Positions 1 through 13,101 of a DNA stretch of 64,000 nt are shown here, in pieces. Both the position numbers and the translations under genes were made by a program. The notes under the pieces are model-generated. The model saw only the letters and a list, made by a program, of their open reading frames with translations. It was not told the origin of the DNA and did no database searches. How positions within the stretch are numbered: position 1 is the stretch's first letter; each line of letters starts with the position of its first letter. Origin of the DNA: Octopus sinensis (Eukaryota); the NCBI RefSeq assembly GCF_006345805.1, contig NC_042999.1, positions 50,778,001 through 50,842,000 on the forward strand, written 5' to 3'.

Positions 1-125
1 AAAAGGAAAAATTTAGATCCCACACCCCACCACAATTTTCCCAGGCCCCACCAGTGGGGTGCATGCCCCACATTGGGTATCACTGATTTAAAGTATCCAA
101 GGGCCGTATGGTGTTAAACCCGGCA

Positions 126-352
126 GGCTGGCAGAAACGTTAGCACACCAGGCAAAATGCTTAGCAGTATTTTGCCTGATTTTACGTTCTGAGTTCAAAT
201 TCTGCCGATGTCAACTTTGCCTTTCATCCTTTTGGGATCGATAAATTAAGTACCAGTTATGCACTGGGGTCGATGTAATCGACTTAATCCCTTTGTCTGT
301 TCTTGTTTGTCCTCTCTATGTTTAGTCTCTTGTGGGCAATAAAGAAATAAGA
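126..352 (+). mobile_element. tRNA-derived SINE family B (Nin-like body), representative copy
   Basis: gctggcagaaacgttagc...gagttcaaattc...gggatcgataaattaagtaccag. Copies near 2320-2515, 5186-5390, 28440-28662, 29215-29440, 37485-37935, 48930-49155, 52410-52640 and 62690-63432. Confidence 0.9.
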
Positions 353-1211
353 TTAAGTATATCACCCAAGGTCATATACCATTCATTGGACAAGCTTCAA
401 CACAGTTTCCTTCTACAAAATTTCCCTTACAAGAATTTGGTCTACTCAAAGCTATAGTATAAAACACTATCCCAACTTTCCACGTGGATGAGATTGAATC
501 CAGAAATATGAGGTTGTAAAAGTAACTTTGTTAACTACACAGCTATGCATGCATTACTGTTAATCAAAGTAAAGGTAAAACATGGCCACGGAAATTAATC
601 ATATGGAAGTGACAGCTCTGCAGTAAAAATGCAAACAACTGAAATCTAAAATTAAGTAAAACCTCAAGGTATTATAAAATCTTTTCATCTTCGGTAAAAT
701 CAGAATTTAATTTAAACATGTTTCTTATTATAATTTTGAAGAACAATCTTTAGATTTCTGTTGTAAAGTTTTGCTTCATTACATTGTGATTTTAGAAACA
801 ATAACAATAACAAAATAAAACATATTAAAAAAAATCTTCTACTTAAGCACTAGCACAGCATAATTGCAACTGCAAACACCAGGAATTTAATTATTGAAAC
901 AACTGAAGAGTCCTTTCGCTCTCTGGTAACCGTGTTCTATTCTTCTAGCAAAAATTCCTGTCCATAAACATAAGGTTTCAACAGAGAGTGGATTACAACT
1001 AATCACACATATAAACATGTGGCTTTCTAAAATATATATAATTATATTAGTTCTTTCTGCCAGAACCGATTTAGCATATAACAATTGAGTCAGGCAGCAG
1101 GCATTTGTTTCCAAAAGAAATTCTTTCTGCATAGTTAGTAAAGCTCTGCTTTCAACACAAATAAAATTAAAAACAAAACAGCAATAACTATATCTACTGT
1201 AAAGATTTCTT

Positions 1212-1255
1212 CTATCTCCTGATTGCATCAATGAAATATCGAAGGCTATGCAATC
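1212..1255 (-). CDS. Candidate terminal coding segment (G)LHSLRYFIDAIRR*
   Basis: Acceptor atgttatttgtag; phase matches the 1988-2137 exon; followed by AT-rich UTR-like sequence. Confidence 0.25.
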
Positions 1256-1987
1256 CTACAAATAACATTTTGTTTTTTTTATCTAACGCAGTCCTTTTAT
1301 TTTGATACACTGTCAGTTTCAAAATGGCTGCCTGCAATGTGATATAGAAGTTCATGAATAAACAATTCATTTTATTAAACAAATCTTTTAATTTTGTTTA
1401 GCCAAGGTAACAAATCCATGAATCAATGCATCTATTCTATTCTATTGTTGCTTCCAGTTACAATAGCTGACACAGCATTCATGAAAACTGTATAAAAATT
1501 ATGGAAGTTTATCTTTCTATTCAAAATGGAAGATAGAAATCAGATTATAAGAGATTAGAAAATATAAATTCTAAAGTTTATGAACAAACTTTCTGAAAGG
1601 CCATCACAGAAGGATTTAGAAAGTAGTGTTTTGAAAACACAAATATAGACTGAAGTAAAAATTAAAGCTTCTGTGCACCATTTGTAACCCATTGTAATTC
1701 TCCAAAATTCTAAATGATATGAACAGCTAAATGATTTAGTTGCAGTAATATAAAAGGAATAAATAGAGTTTGCAAAAGTTGGCTATTGGTGCAGTTGTCT
1801 GGCAAAGAAGTTCACATCACAAGAGTATGGTTCCAAGTTTGATTTTACAGACTGACACCATGTGCAAATGTCTTTTACCATACCCTTGGGTCATTCAAAG
1901 CCTTAAGTGAAATTTGCCACACAGAAACTGTGTGGACTCCATCAAAGAGATTACTCCTGCTTTTGTAAAGTATACTTCTCTTGTTAC

Positions 1988-2137
1988 CTAGTTTAACACT
2001 ACCACTTGGTACTTGGTTGTCTTTCGGAGAACTCACTCAGTTCCAAAAATTCAGACCAGGAATGACTATGGTGTGGGAATAATTTTCACCCCTTTCACTA
2101 ACCAGTTAAAAAGGTCGGAGACACTGCTGTTCCTTAT
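1988..2137 (-). pseudogene. Candidate 150-nt exon (KEQQCLRPF*LVSERGENYSHTIVIPGLNFWN*VSSPKDNQVPSGSVKL)
   Basis: Acceptor ctctttgttag, donor TAG|gtaaca; phase 1 to 1 with two stops. Confidence 0.3.
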
Positions 2138-2779
2138 CTAACAAAGAGATTTTTTAAAACTTAACATTTGTAATCCATTGTAAATTAAATAAAACACTAA
2201 ATGAGATTAAAAACTATTTATAAATGATTCTGTGACGGTAATAGTTAAGTGATAGATATTTAGCATAGGAACTGGGAAGAGATACCAAAGTAACAGAAAG
2301 AATTATAATCTTTTCTACTATAGGCACAATGCCTGAAATTTGGTGGGAGGGATTAAGCCAATTACATCAACCCCAGTACTCAACTGGTACTTAATTTATC
2401 GACCCTGAAAGGATGAAAGGCAAAGTCAACCTTGGCGGAATTTGAACTCAGAAAGAAGCGATGGTTGAAATACCTCTAGGTATTTCACCCGGCATGCTAA
2501 CGTTACTGCCAGCTCACCAATACAACTAAATCATCGTCATCGTCATCCTCATCATCTTCGTCATTTAACATCTGCATTCCATGCTGTGATAGGTTGGATG
2601 GTTTGAGAAGATCTGACAGACCAGGGGACTGTATTGAATTCCAGTGTTATCTTTAGTATGGTTTCAACAGCTGGATGCCCTTCCTTACACCAACCACTTT
2701 ACAGAGTGTACTGAGTTCTTTTTATGTCACACCAGCACTAGTGAGGTCACATGACAAATAAAGAAAATTTTAAATGTCA

Positions 2780-3200
2780 AACTCAGAACTGAGAAGCCTT
2801 GGAGTAAGTCTAGCCATGATGAAAAATTTTAGTCAGTAGGAGAGAAAACAGGACTCTACTGTCATCTGAAAAGTGGTCGTATAAAATATGCAATAAAAGA
2901 ATAGGCTGGAATTCCCTTAAGTGAACCCAGCAGAAGCTTTAGGTGCACAATAGATGCAGTGCAGTTACGGATAAGAAGAGATGGACTTTGTATGATGCAG
3001 ATGTACAGAAGTAGTTAACAATAAGAATATTCATTGAAATGAACTGACTCAAATGCCTAAAAGGCTCCCTAAAATTAGTTGGTAACTTCCATTACATGGG
3101 AGCAATATAATCAACAATGGAGTTGGGTATTCAGAAAGCAGTAAGGGCTATAATGGTGTCGAGGGAACAAAATGATGGAATACAGATACTAATGGAGGAG
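2780..3200 (+). mobile_element. Decayed RTE-clade LINE fragment (region downstream of RT)
   Basis: Residual peptides KWSYKICNKRIGWNSLK*TQ, KLVGNFHYMG and INNGVGYSES resemble RTE motifs KWPCSVCRKGVGRNSI, EVVDSFCYLG and ISSGGGCSES. Confidence 0.7.
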
Positions 3201-4726
3201 GATGATGATGATACAATAGGCTTCTTTCAGTTTCTGTCAACTGAATCCATTCACAAAGCTTTGGTCAATTCGAATTTTAGTAAAAGACACTTTCCCAAGG
3301 TGCCATGTCGTGGAATATATATAGTGTCTTCTCCAATAGTCTCGGGCTGACCAAAGCCTTGTGAGTGGATTTGATAGACAGAAACTGAAAGAAGCCCATT
3401 GTATGTGTATTTATATATATATATATAAATATATTTGTGTGTCTGTGTTTGTTTCCCCACCATTGCTTGACATCCAATGTTGGTGTGTTTACGTCTCTGT
3501 AATTTACTGGTTCAGCAAAAGAGACTGATAGAATATGTACCATACAGTTGGGAAGTGAACTCCTGAACCAGATACTCATGCCCGTGCCTTAAGATATCAA
3601 ACCCAGAATTATATGAATCTCAGCTGAACATTCCATGATACTTAACTGAGCTTTCAAATTAATTTCTTGCATTAGAACATTGTGATACAATCTGTAGATG
3701 GCAACTGTCTCTTATATTAATCCCCTGTGCATTAACAGCACTTATTTTATTGACCACTAAAGGATGAAAGACAAAGCCAACTTCAGCAAAATTTCAACTC
3801 AGAATGTTGAAGGATGTAATGAAATACCACAAGGCATTATGTTTAGTGCTCTATCAATTTGACCAATTTACTGCTCTAAAACTGAACAGTCATCCTACTC
3901 TGCAGATTACATATTACTCAAGCTACACTATTTCAATCAAGTTGATTGTTATTATCTGTGATAATTAGCTGCATATATTACTGTATCAGGCACTATCTTT
4001 TAAAGTACTGAGATGGATTTTCTATGATTTTTAATTATTGCAGTCAATGATAAAGAATTGTGCATTCAATACAGACATAAAAGAAAAAAAAATGATGGTG
4101 ATGACAATAATTATGATAATACTGTTCAGAGGAGAACCATCCAGAAGGGAAATTTGTTAATGGATTAACAAATGATACTGATTGATATATCATGTTACAT
4201 ATTAAATATTAACATGCTATTTAAATGTCTTTCCTAACTAGATAAAATGAACTTTCAAATGGTGATGTTCTGTCTGGTTAGGGCACAACCAACAAATGAT
4301 GTACTGTAGAATTAATTATTTCGCAATGGATGAGTACAGGCAAGGCTGTGTGGATATGGAATTTGTTTTGTAATCATGTGGTCTTAAGTTCAATCTCAAT
4401 GTGCAGCACCTTGAGCAAGTATATTCTACTCAAATTTCATGCTGACTAATTCCTTGTTATTGAAAACAGTAGGCAGAAGCTCTATGGACGCTTGTCATAT
4501 ATATATATTCTTTTATTCTTTTATTTGTTTCAATCATTTGACTGCAGCCATGCTAGAACACCACCCTTAGTCAAACAAATCAACCCAAGACTTATTCTTT
4601 GTAAGCCTAGTACATATTCTATCAGTCTCTTTTGCTGAACCAGTAAGTTACAGGGACGTAAACACACCAGCATCGGATGTTAAGCAATGGTGGGGAAACA
4701 AACACAGACACACAAACATACACATG

Positions 4727-4767
<41 letters not shown>

Positions 4768-4836
4768 GGCTTCTTTCAGTTTCTGTCTACCAAATCCACT
4801 CACAAGGCTTTGGTCAGCCTGAGACTTTGGAGAAGA

Positions 4837-4881
<45 letters not shown>

Positions 4882-4954
4882 ACGCCATGATAGATCGTTA
4901 GCTCCTACACACATTTTTTCTCTCCTTTTTTTTTTCTCCTTGTTTTTTTCTGTG

Positions 4955-4996
4955 TATCTTTCTGTCGAAGAGCGTAGGCTCGAAATGTAAAAAACT
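4955..4996 (+). ncRNA. Penelope-type minimal hammerhead relic (second family)
   Basis: UCUUU CUGUCGA a GAGC-GUAG-GCUC GAAA UGUA; stem I is degraded. Confidence 0.4.
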
Positions 4997-6079
4997 TTTT
5001 TTATTTCTATTCCTGAGCGCTATACTAATACATTTGTTTGTTTGTACTCCACCTGCCTTCGTCTTTTGTTTATTTTCGTAAACTTTCCCGTTTTATATAT
5101 ATATATATATATATATAACCTACTATTTCTTTTAATTTATAAATTTATAATGATAATGATTAATAAACAAACACAAATAATGCAGTGAGCTGGCAGAATC
5201 GTTACTACACCAGGCAAAATGCTTAGCAGTATTTCATTCGTCTTTATGTTGAGTTCAAATTCCACTGAGGTTGACTTTGTCTTTCGTACTTTTGGGGGTT
5301 GATAAAACAAGTACCAGCTGAGCACTGGGGTCGATGTAATCAACTTATCCTTCCCCCAAAAGTTCTGACCTTGTACCAGCACAAGTACTTTTTACATGAA
5401 ATCAGCAGGGGTGCTTTCTACATGGTACTGGCTACAGGTGCCCTTTGCATGGTGCTGACACAGAATATCAAGGCTAAAACAACTGCTACAAAAAGGTTCT
5501 TTTCTGCAATCGGGGCACATATAACATCATAGATTTAGTTCCTGGCTCAGAGTCAGATTTATTTCATTTTGTTGTTATATTATCATTGCATCTCATTGCA
5601 TCATTCAAACATAGAGAATTAATGATTATAACAACACCATTAACAGTGACTTAATGAATTAATGTTTACTTAACACTAATCAAAAGAAGAGATTACTCGG
5701 GAAAAAAATACAATAAAAGAAATGAAAACCTGTTACTGCAATGCTTTGGTTTACAGGTCAATGTCATCACAGCATAATATTTAGAAAACAAGACAAGACA
5801 AGATTATAAATTAAGATTGTTAATGAGTGACCAATAAGAGTAGCCAAGAATTTTCCTCACTTTGCAGTCCAGCCATTACAAGTCACTTTAATAGAATTTC
5901 CATAAAATCAATAAAACCACTAATAATAAGTATGTAAACAAAAGCTGCTTCCAGAACTGGAAATCAGGAGGTCGTTCAGATTGTTTGATGTAAGTTTTTA
6001 TGTTTGAAGTAACTGAGGTAAGATCAGAGAATTGCATTTTATATATTTATTTTTTTCTTGATGTGTAATTAAGAGTGTC

Positions 6080-6137
<58 letters not shown>

Positions 6138-6319
6138 TCTCTCTTATAATCCACTTTCACTGTCATCATCATCATCATCACCACCGCCACCACCACCATC
6201 ACCACCACCACTATCACCACCACCACCATCATCAATACCACCACCACCATTGCCACCACTACCACCACCACAACCACCACCACAACCATCATCATCATCA
6301 TCATCATCATCCTTCTTCT

Positions 6320-6730
6320 ATGTCTATTTTTTTCCCCGTTTGCATGGATGGGACAGATCTTCCCTGGCACAGCATGTTGCCACTTGTTGTGGTCCTTGTC
6401 ATCTCCTTCATGAGGTCCAGCCTCTTAAAATTAGATTTCACCCTTTTCTCGTGCCAAGCCATTCATTGGTCTTTTACTGGCTGCCTCTACTTGCATTGCT
6501 CGGTGCTTCTCCACCCAACTATTCTCTTTCATATGCATCACATGCCCTTTCCAATCTCTTCACATTAGAGCTGATCCCTATTATACCCATTTTTATCTCT
6601 GGCTCACTTGTTCTGCATCATCTATGTATTCTATCCTTACACATCCATGGAACATGCTTGCCTCATTTCTACCCAACTTTCACACATCCTCCATATACCT
6701 TTTTTGCATTCTTAATTTACACAGGATTCT
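6320..6730 (-). mobile_element. Decayed RTE LINE ORF C-terminus
   Basis: Residual peptides resemble RTE GHVMRMDENSWV and EMTKDRDKWRYAV (here HMKENSWVEKHRAMQVE, DKDHNKWQHAV). Confidence 0.7.
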
Positions 6731-7254
6731 CAGTATAGATTTCTTGCTTGGTCCTTTTCTGCATATCAAGCATGGTCATTTTGCAGATTCTTTTATTCTT
6801 TTACTTGTTTCAGTCATTTGACTGCAGCCATGATGGAGTACAGCTTTAAGGGATTTTTAATTAAAGAAATTAACTCTAGGACTTATTCTTTGTAAGCCTA
6901 GTACTTATTCTATCGGTCTCTTTTGCTGAATCACTAAGTTATGAGGACATAAACACACCAACATCGGTTGTCAAGTGATGCTGAGGGGGACAAACACAGA
7001 CACAAAGACACACTCACACATAAATATATATATACATATATATACATATATGACAGGCTTCTTTCAGTTTCCATCTACTAAATTCACTCACAAGGCTTTG
7101 GTTGGCCCAAGGCTATAGTTGAAGACACTTGCCCAAGGTGCCACACAGAGGGACTGAACCCAGAACCATGTGGCTGGAAGCAAGCTTCTTATCACACAGC
7201 CACAGCTGCACCTATGACAGTAAAAATTTTATTTTCTTTCTTACCAACATTTGC

Positions 7255-7880
7255 ATTAGCAAATTTGATTTTTAGACCTTAGACTCTATGTTTGAAACAT
7301 TTTTGTAATCTTGTGACTGCTTTGACACTGATAACTACATCTACATTATACAAAAGTTGCTATGGACAGCCTGACTTTAACACTTCTATTATGCTCTAGA
7401 GAAGAGCTAGAATAAACAGAAGCGCTCAGTAAGCATCAAATCTGATGGAGATTTATCTGCATGCCAGCTAATAACCATCACTCCAACTGCATGTGGCTTA
7501 CCCAGCTCCAACATGATTCAGCAGTTGATTTAATTCCTATCATTAATAGTTTTATTGTAACATTCAGGAGTAGGTAAGAATGCTATTTTTCTGTCCATGG
7601 TATTGCATCAAATACCATCTTCAAGTCCATGAACTCTAGCTATTGTATCTTGCCCTTAGTGAGATTATTGCACAAGTTCTTGACAACCTTAACTAAGAAG
7701 AGCACATTAGCAGAACCCCATCCTGACACAAACTCAAACTGCCTCTCATCTAAGTTAATTCTCTTCCTAGCTATGCTATAGGCCTTTCTGCCATTTTCTT
7801 AACTTGGTCCATCAATTTGCTGAATTCTGTAGTTGAAACTTTCTGGAGATCAGGTAATAGTTGACAATGCTGTTCATACA
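7255..7880 (-). mobile_element. Decayed RTE LINE reverse transcriptase fragment
   Basis: ERQFEFVSGWGSANVLFLV, FMDLKMVFDAIP, LLFILAL and GCP*QLLYNVD match RT motifs QFGF..G, FVDLEKAFD.VP, PLLF and GCPWELLYADD. Confidence 0.85.
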
Positions 7881-8084
7881 ACAATCATTATGAATGACAC
7901 CTCCCTGTACCACTTGATTAATTATGAGTTAATGAGGAACAAGGACAGGTAATCACCTAGAATGCTAAAATCAGGCAATCACGTAGGACACTAAAATCTG
8001 TAGGTACCACACAAATTCTAAACAACTTAGGCAAAACATTTGAAAATAAAGAAAATTAAGAATATATAACAAATATTTTTTTAC

Positions 8085-8269
8085 CTTATTCTTAGCATTT
8101 ATATTTGTCAACAAAGAATTACTACAGTTGCTTGAAGACTATGAGCTACTGCTCTTAATATTATTCACCAAACAGTTATAACTATAAGAAGATTGAGAGT
8201 GCACTTTGTATGACTGGTCTAAGATTTAAATAACCCCTGGGTGAGAGAGCCTGTATATGTTTGCACAAC
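8085..8269 (-). pseudogene. Candidate 185-nt exon, closed in all frames
   Basis: Acceptor ttcttatttcttgtag, donor AAG|gtaaaa. Confidence 0.3.
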
Positions 8270-8368
8270 CTACAAGAAATAAGAACCAGTCTTCCTCATG
8301 CAACTCTCTTCCACCGTCTTTAAAGATATTACATTGGATAATATTAACTTTGGTATCGTTGTTTCCCT

Positions 8369-8552
8369 CATATTGGTGAGGTGGGTTTGCATTACCTGGA
8401 TATAGTTTGGCAGGCTGTCTACCGACATCCTGCCAGACTTGTCCATGGGGAAGCACACAACATATTGGTGAGGTGGGGTTGCATTGCCTGGATATAGTTT
8501 GGCAAGCTGTCTACCGACATTCTGCCAGACTTGTCCATGGGGGAGCACACAA
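8369..8552. repeat. 92-bp tandem duplication
   Basis: catattggtgaggtggg...gcacacaa starts at both 8369 and 8461. Confidence 0.93.
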
Positions 8553-8878
8553 GTTCCCTATTTTTTGTGTGCTGTATGAGCTTGTGCAGGCCACCTACAT
8601 ACTTCTTGTCAAGTTGCTGTGCCTCTCAACCCCACCATCTACTTGTATATTGTCCTAAAATTTGTGTAAGTTTAGTACTGGCTATGGTGAAGCATGCTTC
8701 TATTTCGTCATTTGTCTGCCAAGGGATTCAAACTCTGTTGTTGAAGGGTAGGGTTGTCAGATAAATACAGCTCATATCATATGATTTATCCCATGGAGAT
8801 GTGTATTATTGTTGTCAGTAATGTTTGCATGTTTACATGGTTCTTTCCATTATTGTTGTTGTAGTTGTTCGCAACCTA

Positions 8879-9051
8879 CAGGGGCAGGAGTGGCTGTGTG
8901 GTAAGTAGCTTGCTTACCAACCACATGGTTCCGGGTTCAGTTCCACTGCGTGGCACCTTGGGCAAGTGTCTTCTACCATAGCCTCGGGCCGACCAAAGCC
9001 TTGTGAGTGGATTTGGTAGACGGAAGCTGAAAGAAGCCCGTCGTATATATG

Positions 9052-9091
<40 letters not shown>

Positions 9092-9300
9092 CGTGTGTAT
9101 GTGTGTGTGTTTGTGTGTCTGTGTTTGTCCCCCCAACCGATGCTGGTGTGTTTGCACTGCCGTAACTTAGCAGTTCGGCAAAAGAGACCGATAGAATAAG
9201 TGCTAGGCTTACAAAGAATAAGTCCTGGGGTCGATTTGCTCGACTAAAGGCGGTGCTCCGGAATGGCTGCAGTCAAATGACTGAAACAAATAAAAAAGAG
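8879..9300 (+). mobile_element. tRNA-derived SINE family A (internal TA/TG microsatellite), representative copy
   Basis: A-box tggctgtgtgg and B-box ggttcagttcc. Related copies near 4507-4845, 6785-7215, 17985-18810, 26735-27150, 30425-30835, 34925-35470, 38365-38785, 46186-46620, 48440-48825 and 61605-62042. Confidence 0.92.
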
Positions 9301-9642
9301 AAAAAGAGAAAGAAAGAGCCTCAATATTACTGTTATTCTTATTGTCATCGGTGTTGTTGTTACTATTATTATCATCCCCCACCATTAATCTTATGGCTAT
9401 TCTCTCCTGTTCTGCCAATTCTACGTTTGTTTTCATTATCTTCACTGCTACTACTATGGCTATTCTGGCCCCCTAAGTTTGGCGTGCTTGTATCTCTCCA
9501 TGTTTGTAGAGTAATAAGAGAGTGAAGAACAAATATATATTGCATGTGCTTATCTGGCAAAAAAAAAAAATGAACTTCCCAAGATACATCAGTTTCAACA
9601 CACAATTTCATATCAGAAATCTTGCAACACAAGTTGATAAAC

Positions 9643-10350
9643 ATGTATGTATGTATGTATGTATGTATGTATGTATGTATGTATGTATGTGTGTGTGTGT
9701 GCATGCATGTATGTATGCATGTATATATGTATGTATGCATGTATGTATTCATGCATGTATGCATGTATGTATGTATGCATGTATGTATGTATGCATGCAT
9801 GCATGCATGTATGCATGTATATATGTATGTATGTATGCATGTATGTATGCATGCATGCATGTATGTATGTATGTAGTATGTATGTATGTATGTATGTATG
9901 TATGTATGAATGCATGCATGTATGTATGTATGCATGTATGTATGTATGCATGTATATATGTATGTATGCATGTATATATGTATGCATGTATGTATGCATG
10001 CATATATATATATGCATATATATATATGTATGTATGTATATATGTATGTATGCATGTTTGCAGTCGTGTGTGCTTGTCAAGAGCAGGGCTCATTAGCCAC
10101 CAACGGAGCCGCAAATGCAAAATATAAGTTAGTCCTAGAGTGCACAATGTTCCTGAAGGTCGGCAATGGTCTTCCTCGGTCACGAGTGGACGGCCATCAC
10201 CATCATGTATGCATGTATGTATGCATGTATGTATGCATGCATATATATATATATATATGTATGTATATATGTATGTATGCATGTATATATGTATGCATGT
10301 ATGTATACATGCATATATATATATGCATGTATATATGTATGTATGTAGCT
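9643..10350. repeat. Compound (ATGT/ATGC/AT)n microsatellite
   Basis: Direct reading; accounts for the MYVC/HTYI ORFs. Confidence 0.97.
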
Positions 10351-10612
10351 ATGTGTGTCTGTCTTTGTGTCTGAGTTTGTTCCTCCACTACCACTTGATA
10401 ATTGGTGTTAGTGTGTTTACGTCCCCATAACTTAGCAGTTTGGCATAAAAGATCGATAGAATAAGTACTAGGCTTAAAAAAATAAGCGCTGGGGTCGACT
10501 TATTCGACTAAAACCCTTCAAGGTGGTGCTCCAATTGACCGTGATAAAAATAACTGAAACAAGCAAAAGAATAAGGGAATAAAAGAATGGTCATGGGAAG
10601 AATGTCTTTTAC

Positions 10613-10757
10613 CATAGGTTTGCATGATTGGTTCAGACTTGGGGGCAAAACAATAACAAACTGAAGTGAAATTAGTATCAGAGCAACTAGCACATGTCCT
10701 ATTTTCCCAAATATTATCCACATCTCATATTTCTCCTTGAAGGTCCTACTGTTTTGC
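10613..10757 (-). CDS. Candidate 145-nt exon, open as QNSRTFKEKYEMWIIFGKIGHVLVALILISLQFVIVLPPSLNQSCKPM (hydrophobic stretch)
   Basis: Acceptor tttctttcatatgtatttcag, donor ATG|gtaaaa. Confidence 0.35.
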
Positions 10758-11080
10758 CTGAAATACATATGAAAGAAAATCTCTTTATGATAATTCTACA
10801 GGCAAGAAGAAATTAGGTTTGCATAAAAGTCATAATCTATGGTTTCCTTAGTTTCAAAGAGAAACATATTTTATGAAAAAAAAAAATGTTAGTTTCTCAG
10901 ATTGTTGTTGTTGTTGTTATTGTTTAAGTATTTATATGACATCAGTGAATCATTATGAAAGGAGGTCACTTCTACGGTGAAATGTGAATTTCATCTTCAA
11001 GATAGTTCAGAATAAAGTCAAAATTTTGCTAGCATTCAGTCAGAGGTTCAAATCAATAGAAATTAACAAAACTTTGTTAC

Positions 11081-11248
11081 CTTGAGAAAAAAATTGCCTT
11101 TCATAAGAAAATTATTCCAGAAATAGAAGCTCATTTACGATTGAGGATTTTTAAGATAAAAGTAGAAGAAAATAAGTTATATTCCTTGTAAGAAGAAGAA
11201 TATTTTCTGATAGCTTCTAAAAAATGTCATTCAATCCCATCAAGCTTC
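11081..11248 (-). pseudogene. Candidate 168-nt exon, closed in all frames
   Basis: Acceptor atttttttcag, donor AAG|gtaaca. Confidence 0.3.
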
Positions 11249-11504
11249 CTGAAAAAAATTGATATTCCTAATTGTGTACATTTTCTTAGGAATTGCATGA
11301 TTCTTTTCATTTATTTGATACACACACACACACACATACACACATATATGTGTGCATACTCACATACCCACTGGCTGCAAAGTATAGAAATAACTGAACA
11401 GACATACAAATTATTTACACACAAGTGCGTGTGTATATAAGTGTGAATAAGTGTGTGTCTACATATGTATGTTCACAGACACAGACACACACACACATAT
11501 ATAT

Positions 11505-11544
<40 letters not shown>

Positions 11545-12189
11545 TGATATAGATATAGATAAAGATAGACAGGTGTATATATACTTATATTTATACTTAG
11601 ATTCATGTGTGGAAAAACACACATACAAACGAATGCATATATATGTGCCTTGCTATACATATGTGCACACAAATATATAGAAAAAGTATGCATATAACTG
11701 TATTATGTTCACACACACACACACAAACAAAGATATCTATTTTAAATCAGTTCGTATCGATGGTAACATACATTAGATCACCCTGTAAGTTCAGAATTCT
11801 TCCAATAATTTTATACTGAACAAGTAAATAATTATAACAAATTGCTTTAGGCAACTAAATATAGCTAGGTAAGTTATATTTTTTAAAGACTCAGCACTAC
11901 ATTAGTAACAAAGTTATCTATCAAACACCTATATTTAAACACATGTGTAAGTCATAATGTGAAAATAACCTTGTGCTTAGACCACCAGAGCTTCTTTCAG
12001 CAGTTTGGAATGTGTATTGTATTTATTAAAATGATAAATAAACGTGCCCTTTTAAAGCCTAGTCAGGCTCATGGGCCCGGTTTCCCAATTTCTATGGCGT
12101 ATGTGTTCGCCAGCTGGACGGGTCGCCAGTCCATCGCAACGTTACTCATTTTTGCCAGCTGAGTGAACTGGAGCAACATGAAATGAAGT

Positions 12190-12720
12190 GTTTTACTTCT
12201 CTAAAACCACTATCTTTAAGAGCTTTATTATATCTTGGGGCAACATTATTAAATGTGTTTATATCACAGGAGAGGCTGGAAATTTTCCTACTAATATTTT
12301 TAACAAAATTCTTAAATGCTATGGAGTGGGGTGGGGCAGGAACCTACATTAATATAACTAAGTCTATCGTTGGGCTTTCAATAGGGTTTGTAAAAATTCT
12401 TATTTAAATCTAGGGATACATCAATGGAATTGACAACCATAAGGCTGGTATCTATTGTTATGCCAAGATCGAATGTTTTCATCATTTGGATAATGTCCTT
12501 CCTAAACCGATCTTGCACTGGTCCATTGGTATTTGTTGTTAAAGCTAGAGCATCATCTTTGTTAGTGGCGAAATATATACCAGGAAAAGTTTTTCCCAAC
12601 ATATCGAGTAGGAATAGTCCAATGAGATCGCATATGCCTGCTCTATCATATGACCCCATGCAAACATCGAAAGCACCCTCTGTATCAGTTGGCTTAACCT
12701 GACATCTGAAACTCTGAGTA
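12190..12720 (-). mobile_element. Penelope-like element RT fragment, inactive
   Basis: ORF 12378-12659 MGSYDRAGICDLIGLFLLDML...TNKDDALA...FRKDIIQMMKTFDLGITI...IDVSLDLNKNFYKPY follows the PLE RT pattern; YRDD is degraded. Confidence 0.85.
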
Positions 12721-12848
12721 TTATGACAACTAACTGATTAGCCTATATCATATATATATATATAAATTCAGCAAAATTTAGATTTAATTGGTGAATCTAT
12801 ATGTGGCTGAAGATTGCTCGACATTTTAAAACTGATGTAATGCTACTT

Positions 12849-12899
<51 letters not shown>

Positions 12900-13101
12900 A
12901 TATATATATTGAAGAGATAGTTTTTGAATGAATATGTTACATAAAATATACATACATTGTATAATATACTACATAACATATTCATTGAAGAAATATCTTT
13001 TCAATATATAATATATTAAACCAGTGTATCTTGAATAAAATATCCCAGTAAGAGGTTTAAATTTTCTTTGTGACTGTTTATATATATATATATATATTTA
13101 T

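Noticed and set aside
887-1231. 114-aa minus-strand ORF
   Set aside because: Out of frame with the acceptor-defined reading, AT-rich and UTR-like, with no recognisable motif.
6250-6738. 162-aa plus-strand ORF
   Set aside because: Starts in a microsatellite and runs antisense to an RTE remnant.
8879-8960. tRNA gene
   Set aside because: A and B boxes belong to SINE heads and continue into SINE bodies; no cloverleaf acceptor stem.
9372-10430. Long ORFs of 150-227 aa (MYVC, HTYI repeats)
   Set aside because: Translations of ATGT/ATGC microsatellites, open on both strands; no coding evidence.
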